64,000 nucleotides of DNA, taken from IMG/VR virus record IMGVR_UViG_3300025695_000006, positions 16,331 to 80,330 of that record; one strand, given 5' to 3'. How positions within the stretch are numbered: the first letter of the stretch is position 1; each line of letters opens with the position of its first letter. Under the pieces are notes generated by a model that worked only from the letters and a program-made list of their open reading frames with translations, was not told where the DNA came from and did no database searches. Source of the stretch: a virus. Positions 40,454-49,620 of the stretch are shown here, in pieces. The position numbers and the translations under genes are program-made.

Positions 40454-41285
40454 ACACACCAACATAGCCGAGGCACCAGAAGCTATAAGTGAGGTTATAA
40501 ACAAATATACCGAACATAAATCATATGTTGTTGGTTATTCTTACCCAGGTAAATTAATTATACCTAATTCAGATATAGTACACCAACACAACAAGAAGTT
40601 CTATACTACCAAGAAAAGTATTATACAATACCACAGTGAACCTTTTAGAGTTGAATTAAATGTTGATATACCAAAACTAGTAATAGCCCAATATCATGCC
40701 ACCTTACCCGAATATAGACATTGTAGAGTGGTAAGAAACCCAGTAGATTTATTTGATGTTAAATACATCCCCAAATATCAAAACAAAGTAATTAGAATAG
40801 GATATTCACCATCTTCAACAACACCCTCGTCTAAATGGGCTGATAAGGGTTACAAAGAAACTATACCAATCCTAAATAAAATAAAAAAAATATATAAAGA
40901 TAAAGTGGAGATAGAGGTGATTACTGGGGTGCCACTAGAAGAATGTCTCAAAAGAAAATCTGAGTGTAATATATTTATAGATGAAGTTAAGACCGATTCG
41001 TATCACAGATCAGGCCTCGAATCAATGGCCATGGGTATAACAACCATATGTTCTGTTAGTAAGGAAGTAGAAGAAGTTTTACTAAGGTCGTCAAACGCTA
41101 AAACAAACCCTTTTATTAACACGTATCACCAAAACTTAGAAATAGAATTAATTAATTTAATAGAATCTGGTTTAAATAAAATAATTGATAAAGGTTACGA
41201 AAGTAGATTATGGATGGAGAACCATTGGGACCCAGAAACTATCGCAAATGAATACATTAAAATATACGAAAAATGGCTAGATTAA
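40434..41285 (+). CDS. GT-B fold glycosyltransferase-like protein
   Basis: IGYSPS..KG..CLKRKSECNIFIDE..SGLESMAMG..W..HWDP..Y. Confidence 0.7.
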   Translation: MIVTHTKHTNIAEAPEAISEVINKYTEHKSYVVGYSYPGKLIIPNSDIVHQHNKKFYTTKKSIIQYHSEPFRVELNVDIPKLVIAQYHATLPEYRHCRVVRNPVDLFDVKYIPKYQNKVIRIGYSPSSTTPSSKWADKGYKETIPILNKIKKIYKDKVEIEVITGVPLEECLKRKSECNIFIDEVKTDSYHRSGLESMAMGITTICSVSKEVEEVLLRSSNAKTNPFINTYHQNLEIELINLIESGLNKIIDKGYESRLWMENHWDPETIANEYIKIYEKWLD

Positions 41286-41908
41286 ACATGGAAACAATGA
41301 AAGATGTACTAAATGAAAATTTGGATATATCAAAAATAAAATTAATTTATGACGTAGGGTGTTTAAACGGAGTTGACAGCTTCCTTCTATCAGAATTATT
41401 TGACGCTAAAGTTATAGGGTTCGAAGGTTTACCCAACAATTACAAAAAATTCCTACTAGGTAAAGATACCGAAAAAGTTAGTTTTGAAAATTTCGTAATA
41501 AGAGATTACGATGGGGTAACACATTTTTACGAAAAAGAACAAAATGGTATACATAGTATTTTTGAACAAAATTTATCAAAAACTAAAGAACGGTTAGTTG
41601 AGTTAAAATGTAAAAGGATGGACACGTACATAACAGAAAAATCCTTAGATATACCCGACCTCGTTAAAATAGATGTTGAAGGAGCTACATTAGAAGCCTT
41701 AAAAAGTTTTGGTGGTATTTTAGAGGATATAAAAATACTACAAATTGAAACTGAGGAGGTTGAATATTTCACAGGACAAACTTTAGAACCTAAAGTTATG
41801 GAATACCTTTACAGTAAAGGATTTTTTCCTATATTTAAATCAACAGCAATTAACGTCAAACAGAATGACTATATTATGTTAAATAAAAAATATTATAAAC
41901 AAAAGTAA
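41273..41908 (+). CDS. FkbM-family SAM-dependent methyltransferase
   Basis: IYDVGCLNG, IGFEG and PDLVKIDVEGA motifs. Confidence 0.9.
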   Translation: MARLNMETMKDVLNENLDISKIKLIYDVGCLNGVDSFLLSELFDAKVIGFEGLPNNYKKFLLGKDTEKVSFENFVIRDYDGVTHFYEKEQNGIHSIFEQNLSKTKERLVELKCKRMDTYITEKSLDIPDLVKIDVEGATLEALKSFGGILEDIKILQIETEEVEYFTGQTLEPKVMEYLYSKGFFPIFKSTAINVKQNDYIMLNKKYYKQK

Positions 41909-41911
41909 ATT

Positions 41912-42751
41912 ATGAATAGTAAGACAAAGATTATAGGTGAAATAGGTATCAACCATAACGGGGATATAGCTATAGCAAAACAATTAATATTAGTAGCTAA
42001 AGCTGCTGGTTGTGATTATGTTAAGTTTCAAAAAAGAAACCCAGACATATGTGTTCCAGAGGAACAGAAAGGTAAGATGAGACAAACTCCTTGGGGTGAG
42101 ATAACTTACTTAGAATATAAATGGAAAACTGAGTTCGGTGAAGCTGAGTACGATGAAATAGATAGGTTTTGTAAAGAGATTGGTATTAACTGGTTCGCAT
42201 CCGTTTGGGATAAAACATCTGTAGATTTTATGATGAAGTACGAAAGTGACCTAGGAGTAGCTATGAAAATACCATCGGCGTTGATAACCGATATTGAATT
42301 ATGTGAGTATGCTAGAGAAAAGGCCGATTACTTAATGATATCAACAGGTATGAGTAATGAAGATGAGGTTACTTTATGTATAGATGCGTGTAACCCAGAC
42401 GTTATAATGCACACAAACTCAACATATCCATGTCCAGTAAACGAATTAAATTTAAATTACATAACATGGTTAAAAAACCACTACGCTGAAAAAGAAATAG
42501 GTTATAGCGGACATGAGTACGGGCTAGTAACCACTTTCGCTGCTATACCAATGGGCGTAAAATGGGTAGAACGCCACATAACACTAGACAGGGGTATGTG
42601 GGGATCCGATCATTCAGCTTCAATTGAACCATCTGGTTTATTTAAATTAGTTAAAGGTATTAGAGATATAGAAGAATCATTATCAATACCAGAAGGTCCT
42701 AGAGAATTATTTGGTGGTGAACTATCTAAAATGAAGAGTTTAAGGAAATAA
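41912..42751 (+). CDS. neuB: N-acetylneuraminate/nonulosonate(-9-P) synthase, lacking the C-terminal SAF domain
   Basis: IIGEIGINHNGD, VKFQKR, MKIPS, ISTGMS, HTNSTYP, GYSGHE, ERHITLDR..GSDH. Confidence 0.95.
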   Translation: MNSKTKIIGEIGINHNGDIAIAKQLILVAKAAGCDYVKFQKRNPDICVPEEQKGKMRQTPWGEITYLEYKWKTEFGEAEYDEIDRFCKEIGINWFASVWDKTSVDFMMKYESDLGVAMKIPSALITDIELCEYAREKADYLMISTGMSNEDEVTLCIDACNPDVIMHTNSTYPCPVNELNLNYITWLKNHYAEKEIGYSGHEYGLVTTFAAIPMGVKWVERHITLDRGMWGSDHSASIEPSGLFKLVKGIRDIEESLSIPEGPRELFGGELSKMKSLRK

Positions 42752-42762
42752 AATTAATTTAT

Positions 42763-43053
42763 ATGTTAATATATGTTGATATAGATAATACTATATTTAA
42801 AACAGGGAGTACCGACTATACAACCAGTACCCCAATGATGGACAGAATCAAAAAGATAAATAAATTATACGACGAAGGGAACACTATTGTTTATTGGACG
42901 GCAAGGGGTTCCGTAACAGGTATAGATCATTCGGAACTAACCAAGAAGCAATTTAAGGAATGGGGAGTCAAACACCATGAATTGAAATTCGGCAAACCTC
43001 CTTACGATATTTTTATCGACGATAAGAATATAAACAGTGAAGATTACTTTTAA
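42763..43053 (+). CDS. Capless HAD phosphatase (capsule-locus type)
   Basis: YVDIDNTI, YWTARG, GKP and FIDDK (HAD motifs I-IV). Confidence 0.85.
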   Translation: MLIYVDIDNTIFKTGSTDYTTSTPMMDRIKKINKLYDEGNTIVYWTARGSVTGIDHSELTKKQFKEWGVKHHELKFGKPPYDIFIDDKNINSEDYF

Positions 43054-43067
43054 TACAAAACATACAT

Positions 43068-43805
43068 ATGGCTAGAAAAGCTAGAAAAAAATTATCATAC
43101 GAAGAACAGCAGGATATCCTAGAATCAATGAGTAATGATCATCAAGGGAACGATTTTTTAAAAAGAATTAAGGTTGATATAAAGTGTAAAACGGTTAACC
43201 AGAAAAAACTAGTTAAAGAAATAAAGGATAAAGAGATGGTTATATGCTCTGGATTACCAGGTACAGGTAAAACTTACTTGTCCTGTGCAGTCGCACTAGA
43301 TTTAATAAAAAATGATGGCAGATATCGAAAAATAGTTATAGTTAAGTCGGTTACAACATTAAAAGATGAAGAGATAGGCTTTTTAAAAGGTACTATGAAA
43401 GAAAAGATGGAACCTTTTATGTACTCTTTTATGCATAACTTCGAAAAGATAGTCGGTAAATATAATACTCAAACCCTTAGAGAAGCGGGTATGATAGAAG
43501 AAATGCCTATAGCGTACATGAGGGGTATAAATATAGATAACTCCATAGTAATCATAGACGAGGCTCAAAATATCTCTATAGATAACATAAGAACCATAAT
43601 GACAAGATTGGGTGAGAACTCTAAAATGATATTTTTAGGTGATGAGAATCAAGTAGACATGAAGAGAAAGGGTCAGAGTTCCTTACACTTTATAATCGAA
43701 AAGTTTTCTGATTTTGAAGAGGTGGGTACTGTCGTACTTACTGACAGTGACGTAGTCAGAAACCCGTTGATTAAAAAAATAGAACAAATATTTAGAGAAA
43801 AATAG
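43068..43805 (+). CDS. phoH: PhoH-family ATPase
   Basis: GLPGTGKT, IGFLKG, AYMRG, DEAQN, TRLG, GD..Q.D and VVRNP motifs. Confidence 0.95.
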   Translation: MARKARKKLSYEEQQDILESMSNDHQGNDFLKRIKVDIKCKTVNQKKLVKEIKDKEMVICSGLPGTGKTYLSCAVALDLIKNDGRYRKIVIVKSVTTLKDEEIGFLKGTMKEKMEPFMYSFMHNFEKIVGKYNTQTLREAGMIEEMPIAYMRGINIDNSIVIIDEAQNISIDNIRTIMTRLGENSKMIFLGDENQVDMKRKGQSSLHFIIEKFSDFEEVGTVVLTDSDVVRNPLIKKIEQIFREK

Positions 43806-43858
43806 ATGTAGACTTTATTTTATACCAATTATCTACTAATTTTAATAAAAAATAGAAC

Positions 43859-44497
43859 ATGATAATTGGTATAACAATAAACAATATTTTACGTGACCAC
43901 GTATCAAAATTGAAAGACCTTTACGAATTTGAGTTTGAGAAAGAGGTAGAGGGTCCTATAAACCCATTTAAGTTATCAGAACATTTCCCTGATATTGATC
44001 CTGTTATTGAATCACCAGAATTTAAGGATGATGGTAAAGAGATTGAATTCCCTGAAAACGCTAAAGATAACGGGTTTAATTTAGATAAATTCATGTATGA
44101 CGAAGCTTCTTTTGAAATATTCGGCAGAACTGATGAAACGGAACAAGGTATCATTAAAAATATATCAGATTTCTCCAATAAAAACAGGATCAAAATAGTA
44201 TTACTTAATAACGAAAGTCAGAGGTCAAAAGCGGCGACGCTTTTCTTCCTAAGTAAGAATTATTACAATCTAGAACAAGTTATTTTCCCTAAAAAATGGA
44301 AAGACTTCTGGACGCACTGTGACGTAATCGTTACAGACAATCCCAAGCTACTAAAATCTAAACCAAAAGGTAAAATATCGATAAAACATATAAACGATTT
44401 TAATATTGACATTAAATCCGATTATGCTATAATTAACACAAAGGAATTATTTAAACTCCTAAGAAAATTAAAAAAAGAAAATAATGGAAAAAGGTAA
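43859..44497 (+). CDS. 5'(3')-deoxyribonucleotidase-like HAD-fold protein with degenerate motif I
   Basis: IGITINNILRD in place of IGIDxDGVLRD; CDVIVTDNP..N at the C-terminus. Confidence 0.55.
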   Translation: MIIGITINNILRDHVSKLKDLYEFEFEKEVEGPINPFKLSEHFPDIDPVIESPEFKDDGKEIEFPENAKDNGFNLDKFMYDEASFEIFGRTDETEQGIIKNISDFSNKNRIKIVLLNNESQRSKAATLFFLSKNYYNLEQVIFPKKWKDFWTHCDVIVTDNPKLLKSKPKGKISIKHINDFNIDIKSDYAIINTKELFKLLRKLKKENNGKR

Positions 44498-45563
44498 AGA
44501 ATTGGTTAGTAACCTAGAATCTGCTATAGCTAAGATTCAAAATAAAGAACATAAAATAATATTTATGGTACCAGACACTAAAGGTAACGGTAAATCAAGT
44601 GTTATTCACCTGTACGACCAAGCATTAGCTTTAAAAAACGCTGGGTATAATGTAGCAATGTTACACGAAAAAAACGACTTTATAAAAGTGGGTAGTTGGT
44701 TATCAACAGAATGTGACGAGATAGAACACATGTCTATTGAAGATAATAACTTAGTTGTAGGTCCTTCAGACTTTATAGTAGTACCAGAAGTGTACGGAAG
44801 CGTTTTTGAGCAGATAGTTAACATGCCTATGGAGAAAATAATCTATGTACAATCTTACGATTATATGTTAGAGGCATTCTCACCTGGTAAATCTTGGCTT
44901 GATTCTGGTGCCGAAGAATGTATAACAACATCAAACACTCTCAAGGATATGATTGAAGGTACTGTACCAGTAAAAGACGTACAATTCATAGAACCTAAAA
45001 TAGGTGGTAGCTTCAAACCTAGCGAAAAACCACAAAAACCTATTATTGCGATACATTGTCGTGAAGCCAGAAAAGCAGCTAAATTGATAAAGGCTTTTTA
45101 CATGAAATATCCTATCTATAGATTCGTTTCATTTAAAGATATGCACACAATGAATCACGACGATTTCGCTTCAAACTTAAAAGAATGTGCTGTATCAGTC
45201 TGGATAGACGATGACTCGTCATTCGGTAGATTCCCAGTAGAATCAATCAAATCTAACGTACCCGTTATAGGTAAAGTACCTAATATTATCCCAGAATGGA
45301 TGACTGACGATAACGGTGTATGGATGTACGATGAGAACCAAATACCTGAAATATTATCTAGTTTTATAAAAAATTGGTTAGACGACACGCTACCTGATAA
45401 CTTAACTAATGTTAAGGAAACTATTAAGGACAGGTACTCGGAAGATAATTTCGAAAAAAATACTGTAGAGGTATTTGAACACTTATTCGATAAGAAAGTG
45501 AGTAAATTAGAAAAAATAAAAGAGAATATTAAAGAAACATTACAAGAAGATGAGCAAAAGTAA
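44484..45563 (+). CDS. GT-B fold glycosyltransferase-like protein
   Basis: DFIVVPEVY, IIYVQ, FASNLKECAVSVWIDD.SSFGRFPVES..VPVIG. Confidence 0.7.
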   Translation: MEKGKELVSNLESAIAKIQNKEHKIIFMVPDTKGNGKSSVIHLYDQALALKNAGYNVAMLHEKNDFIKVGSWLSTECDEIEHMSIEDNNLVVGPSDFIVVPEVYGSVFEQIVNMPMEKIIYVQSYDYMLEAFSPGKSWLDSGAEECITTSNTLKDMIEGTVPVKDVQFIEPKIGGSFKPSEKPQKPIIAIHCREARKAAKLIKAFYMKYPIYRFVSFKDMHTMNHDDFASNLKECAVSVWIDDDSSFGRFPVESIKSNVPVIGKVPNIIPEWMTDDNGVWMYDENQIPEILSSFIKNWLDDTLPDNLTNVKETIKDRYSEDNFEKNTVEVFEHLFDKKVSKLEKIKENIKETLQEDEQK

Positions 45564-46383
45564 TTTAACAATTATAGTACCAGTACATTCAGTAGAAGAT
45601 GCGGGTAAACATAAGTTTGATGATATGTTCGATATAGCACTATCATCCATTAACATAAATGAAACTAAACCAGAAAAGGTACTAGTAGTCATATGTGATT
45701 GTTCCGATGTCAAAGAAAAGGTAGAATCAGTAGATTTTGGTAAATACGATGGACTAGACATAGAAGTTATAGTTAACACTGGTGAAACTGATTACCAAAG
45801 TCAGATAAACTTCGCTGCTAAAGAGGTTAACACTGAATTTATGAGTGTCCTAGAGTTTGATGATGAATTATCTAAAACTTGGTTTAAAAACGTTAACGAC
45901 CACATAGAGTCTTACCCTGAAGTAGATTTATTCTTACCCATCGTAAATGATGTTGACCAAGAAGGTAATTTCATTGGGTTATCGAACGAAGCTGTATGGG
46001 CGTACAACTTTACTGAAACAGTTGGTAATATTGATCTAGAAGTACTACTTGAATACCCTAACATCAGTTTATGTGGTATGGTTATAAAAACTGAAGTGTT
46101 TAATAATATAGGTGGTTTAAAACAAATTAAACTAACATTTAATTATGAATTCCTATTAAGATTCCATAGTAATGGTCATAAATCAATGGTCATCCCTAAG
46201 ATAGCTTACAAACACGTAAACATGAGAGATAACTCTTTATTCTGGTTGTACAAAAATAGTGAAGCCTTAGAATATAAGATCGAACCAAATGAGGGTTTAT
46301 TCTGGATGGAAACTGCTAAGAAAGAGTATTTGTTTAATGATGATAGAAATATAAAATATGAGGATGTAGAAACAGTTGATTAA
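45550..46383 (+). CDS. GT-A (GT2-like) glycosyltransferase
   Basis: LTIIVPVH, INFA, EFMSVLEFDD, IGG..YEFLLR. Confidence 0.75.
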   Translation: MSKSNLTIIVPVHSVEDAGKHKFDDMFDIALSSININETKPEKVLVVICDCSDVKEKVESVDFGKYDGLDIEVIVNTGETDYQSQINFAAKEVNTEFMSVLEFDDELSKTWFKNVNDHIESYPEVDLFLPIVNDVDQEGNFIGLSNEAVWAYNFTETVGNIDLEVLLEYPNISLCGMVIKTEVFNNIGGLKQIKLTFNYEFLLRFHSNGHKSMVIPKIAYKHVNMRDNSLFWLYKNSEALEYKIEPNEGLFWMETAKKEYLFNDDRNIKYEDVETVD

Positions 46384-47096
46384 TGGGTAGGAAGAAAAAA
46401 AATAAAACCTACTATGGTCCAGAGCAAGAAGAAGCTGTTGTTAGGTTTTTAGAAGCTGAGTCTGACTACGAACGCCAAAAAATCTATAGGGAAGAATTAA
46501 GAGCCCCTATAGATAAGTTAATAGAAAACATAATAAGAACGTATAGACTTTACAGACCATCTTATGAGTTCGAAGATCTACATTCTGATACATTATCGTT
46601 TCTAATAACTAAATTCGACAAATTCAAACCAGAAAAAGGTAAAAAATCGTACTCGTATTTCGGTACTATATGTAAAAATTATCTCTTTGGTGAAATGGTC
46701 AAGGAGCACAAAAGGAATACATCATTAGTAGATATTGATAAAAGTCAGAGTGATGTATTAAAAAGAGATGGGTACACTTACTATATAGACACTGAAGATA
46801 TAGACTTTACACTTTTCTTAGAAAATTTAGCTATAAGTGTTAGAGAAGATTTGAAGAATGATAACCTATCCGACAATGAGTTTAAGGTTGGTTACGCACT
46901 AGCCAAAATATTAGAAGAGTGGAGGGAATTATTCTCAGATGTAAGCGATGGTAAAAATTCAACTAAATTCAACAAAAACTTAATTCTACTTTACATAAGA
47001 AATATGACAGGTTTAAACACTAAAGAAATAAGGAATAGTATGAAAAGGTTTAAATCATTATATAAAATGTTTAAGAACGATTATCTAGATGACTGA
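46383..47096 (+). CDS. Phage late sigma factor (T4 gp55-like, sigma-70 region 2)
   Basis: KLIENII..DLHSDTLSFL..KFDKFKPEKGKKSYSYFGTICKNYL resembles sigma regions 2.2-2.4 (FdpeK..afsYf..I..n). Confidence 0.75.
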   Translation: MGRKKKNKTYYGPEQEEAVVRFLEAESDYERQKIYREELRAPIDKLIENIIRTYRLYRPSYEFEDLHSDTLSFLITKFDKFKPEKGKKSYSYFGTICKNYLFGEMVKEHKRNTSLVDIDKSQSDVLKRDGYTYYIDTEDIDFTLFLENLAISVREDLKNDNLSDNEFKVGYALAKILEEWRELFSDVSDGKNSTKFNKNLILLYIRNMTGLNTKEIRNSMKRFKSLYKMFKNDYLDD

Positions 47097-47120
47097 TATT
47101 TATTATAAAATAATATTATT

Positions 47121-47501
47121 ATGGCAATAAAGAAAAAAAAGGTAGAAGTTACTGAAGAAAGCATGAGGGAACTAATGCAAGAAACTTATAATGAGATAGT
47201 TGACGAAAGAAGCAGGGCGTTATCTGCATATAAAAAGTTTAGTAAAGACATACAAGAAAATTCAGATATAGCTTTAGTTGGTAAAATAACTAACGATTTA
47301 CTTAAAATAATTGACTCTTCGATAGAAAAAAAGATTAGGTTAATTAAAATACAAGGTGATATACTGTATAAATCTGGTAAACCAATTGAAGGTGCTGGTT
47401 CAAATATGACTATAACTGAAGATGATCGAAAGTGGGCCGAAGAATTCCTTAAAAACCAATCTAAGGATAACTCAAACGGAAACGAAAAAAAATATGAATA
47501 G
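47121..47501 (+). CDS. Hypothetical helical late protein
   Basis: 126-aa ORF preceded by TATTTAT (47097). Confidence 0.7.
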   Translation: MAIKKKKVEVTEESMRELMQETYNEIVDERSRALSAYKKFSKDIQENSDIALVGKITNDLLKIIDSSIEKKIRLIKIQGDILYKSGKPIEGAGSNMTITEDDRKWAEEFLKNQSKDNSNGNEKKYE

Positions 47502-47503
47502 GT

Positions 47504-49411
47504 ATGAGTTCACAAAGCGAAATATTTTCAAGATATAGATCATTAACTACATCAAATACACAGAAAGGGTTTATTACTGACTCACAAAAGAAAATCAATA
47601 AATTAGAGTTTATTGATTTTTTGGTTGAATTAGTTAAGTCAACTAGAGGTCAAAAAGAGTTTAAAAGTTTAATATTAAAAGGTAGTTTATCTGAACTAAA
47701 GAAGTTTGATTCGATAAATAAAGTTATAAAAGATTCTTTTATAGCTAAATTTGGTTGCGACGAAAACTTAATAATACCAGAAAAATACACAACTTTATCA
47801 GTTACTGGTATAGAAATGTCTAAATCTGAGATAGACGGCTATGGTTTATTAAATATAGATCCAGATAGTCGTACAGGTAAACTAATGTACGAAGGTAATG
47901 ACGTAAAAAGGCATGTGAATTACTTCTTTAACAAGGCTCAAAACGCTACAAAATCATCTCCGCTAGTTTTAGAAAAAGAAGGTAAAGTTTTATTTACCTT
48001 ACACGCTAAAGATAGTTCAACATATGTATTCCAATTCGGACCATCATATTCAAAAAAATTATTCAGTGATTTTTTGGACGATTATATTGATATAGTAATA
48101 CCAGTATTTAACTTCCCTAACTTCATGGCTATACTAACCGACACATTAACAGGTGCGTTATCAATAAAAGGTCAATTGAGTAAAACAATAGTGCTTAAAC
48201 AAAGTGGATTAACCAAAGGTTTGAAAAAAATGTTTGGGTTTTGTAATGAAGATGAGGACACTACCAAGCCAGATTCAACAAACAAAAGTTTCTTAAATGA
48301 CGAGTACAGTGCTAACCAAGCACAAAAAAACGGTGAAGGTAGTGGTGTCACGGATTCAAACGCGGACTTTGATAACGTATTTAATTTTAACAACAAAGAG
48401 TTAGATGAGATAGAAGATATATCAGAATTAAGATCTAAAGGGTTCTTAAGGTTCTCATCATGTGGTAATCTAGACGTAACTATAAACCCAGATGATATAC
48501 TTAATTCTATAGAAGAATTATTCGCCAATAGTCAACCAAACAAATTATTGTTTCCTGGTGACAACCCTAACGAAATAGTTAGCCCAGAAAATAGTGGTAT
48601 AATAGATAATTCTAAACTAATACCTAACCTAGATGAAGCCGCAAGTATTTTAGATAAAAGTTTAAATAACGGTATAAATAAAGTTGTTAACGAAGGTGAA
48701 ACTTCCGCAGTAATAAACCTACCTAACATAAATGCCGAAGTTCAGTTAGGTATACTTAAAGCCATACCTTACTCAATCATGCAGATGGTCGTTACACCCA
48801 AAGTTATGGTAATACCAAAACTATTTCTAGTATTAAAGGGTGACGATCAGAAAAAAACACCTGAAAGTTCTGTCGATTTTATAAAACCAGTTATACAGAA
48901 AATAGGTAACTCAGTCACAGACTTATTAGTACAAAATATATTTAATCTAATTAAAAAGGATTTAATAGGTTTAGCTAAGAAAATAAGTGCTGATTTCTTA
49001 AAACAAAGAGGTTTAGATTACGCAGCGTCATTAGGTAGTTTATTATCTTTATTAAAAGCTTTAAAGGGTTTTAAGATAAAAGGCTGTCAATCTATAATAG
49101 AACAAATATTAAGGTTACTAAAATTATTAAATGTGGTACCAATGCCACCAATACCACCACCACTAGTATTACTAGGTGGAGGACTTAAACCAGGGTTAAA
49201 TCAAGTATCAATGCTTAATGATTTAAAGGCTAATTTAAGTGAAAAGGGTATAGAAACCGCCGCAACATTCCCAGATGGGACACCAAATCACCTAATGATA
49301 GCTTTAGAAGAGACAGTAAAATTAATGGTGAGTAATATAAAAACAAACGCTAAAGTAGAGGTAACGACAGTAGGTGCTGGGTTAACTACAGGGTTTGGCC
49401 AAATACAATAG
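47504..49411 (+). CDS. Hypothetical structural protein
   Basis: 635-aa ORF in the late operon upstream of the spike gene. Confidence 0.7.
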   Translation: MSSQSEIFSRYRSLTTSNTQKGFITDSQKKINKLEFIDFLVELVKSTRGQKEFKSLILKGSLSELKKFDSINKVIKDSFIAKFGCDENLIIPEKYTTLSVTGIEMSKSEIDGYGLLNIDPDSRTGKLMYEGNDVKRHVNYFFNKAQNATKSSPLVLEKEGKVLFTLHAKDSSTYVFQFGPSYSKKLFSDFLDDYIDIVIPVFNFPNFMAILTDTLTGALSIKGQLSKTIVLKQSGLTKGLKKMFGFCNEDEDTTKPDSTNKSFLNDEYSANQAQKNGEGSGVTDSNADFDNVFNFNNKELDEIEDISELRSKGFLRFSSCGNLDVTINPDDILNSIEELFANSQPNKLLFPGDNPNEIVSPENSGIIDNSKLIPNLDEAASILDKSLNNGINKVVNEGETSAVINLPNINAEVQLGILKAIPYSIMQMVVTPKVMVIPKLFLVLKGDDQKKTPESSVDFIKPVIQKIGNSVTDLLVQNIFNLIKKDLIGLAKKISADFLKQRGLDYAASLGSLLSLLKALKGFKIKGCQSIIEQILRLLKLLNVVPMPPIPPPLVLLGGGLKPGLNQVSMLNDLKANLSEKGIETAATFPDGTPNHLMIALEETVKLMVSNIKTNAKVEVTTVGAGLTTGFGQIQ

Positions 49412-49413
49412 AT

Positions 49414-49620
49414 ATGAATAACCCTAAATTAAAAGAGATATTCGATAATGTTGATAAGAAATCTAATAAAGATTTAGCCACAACATTAATAGCACTTAAA
49501 AACGATTTTGATGGTGTTAAAGACACCCTTATAAGGTTAACGACTACACTAGAAGAGCTTGAGTCTACACACAGTAAAGTCCTCAACGAATTGCAGAACA
49601 GATTAAAAATTAAAGGATAA
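49414..49620 (+). CDS. Small coiled-coil protein
   Basis: 68 aa with heptad pattern; stop overlaps the next ATG. Confidence 0.7.
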   Translation: MNNPKLKEIFDNVDKKSNKDLATTLIALKNDFDGVKDTLIRLTTTLEELESTHSKVLNELQNRLKIKG

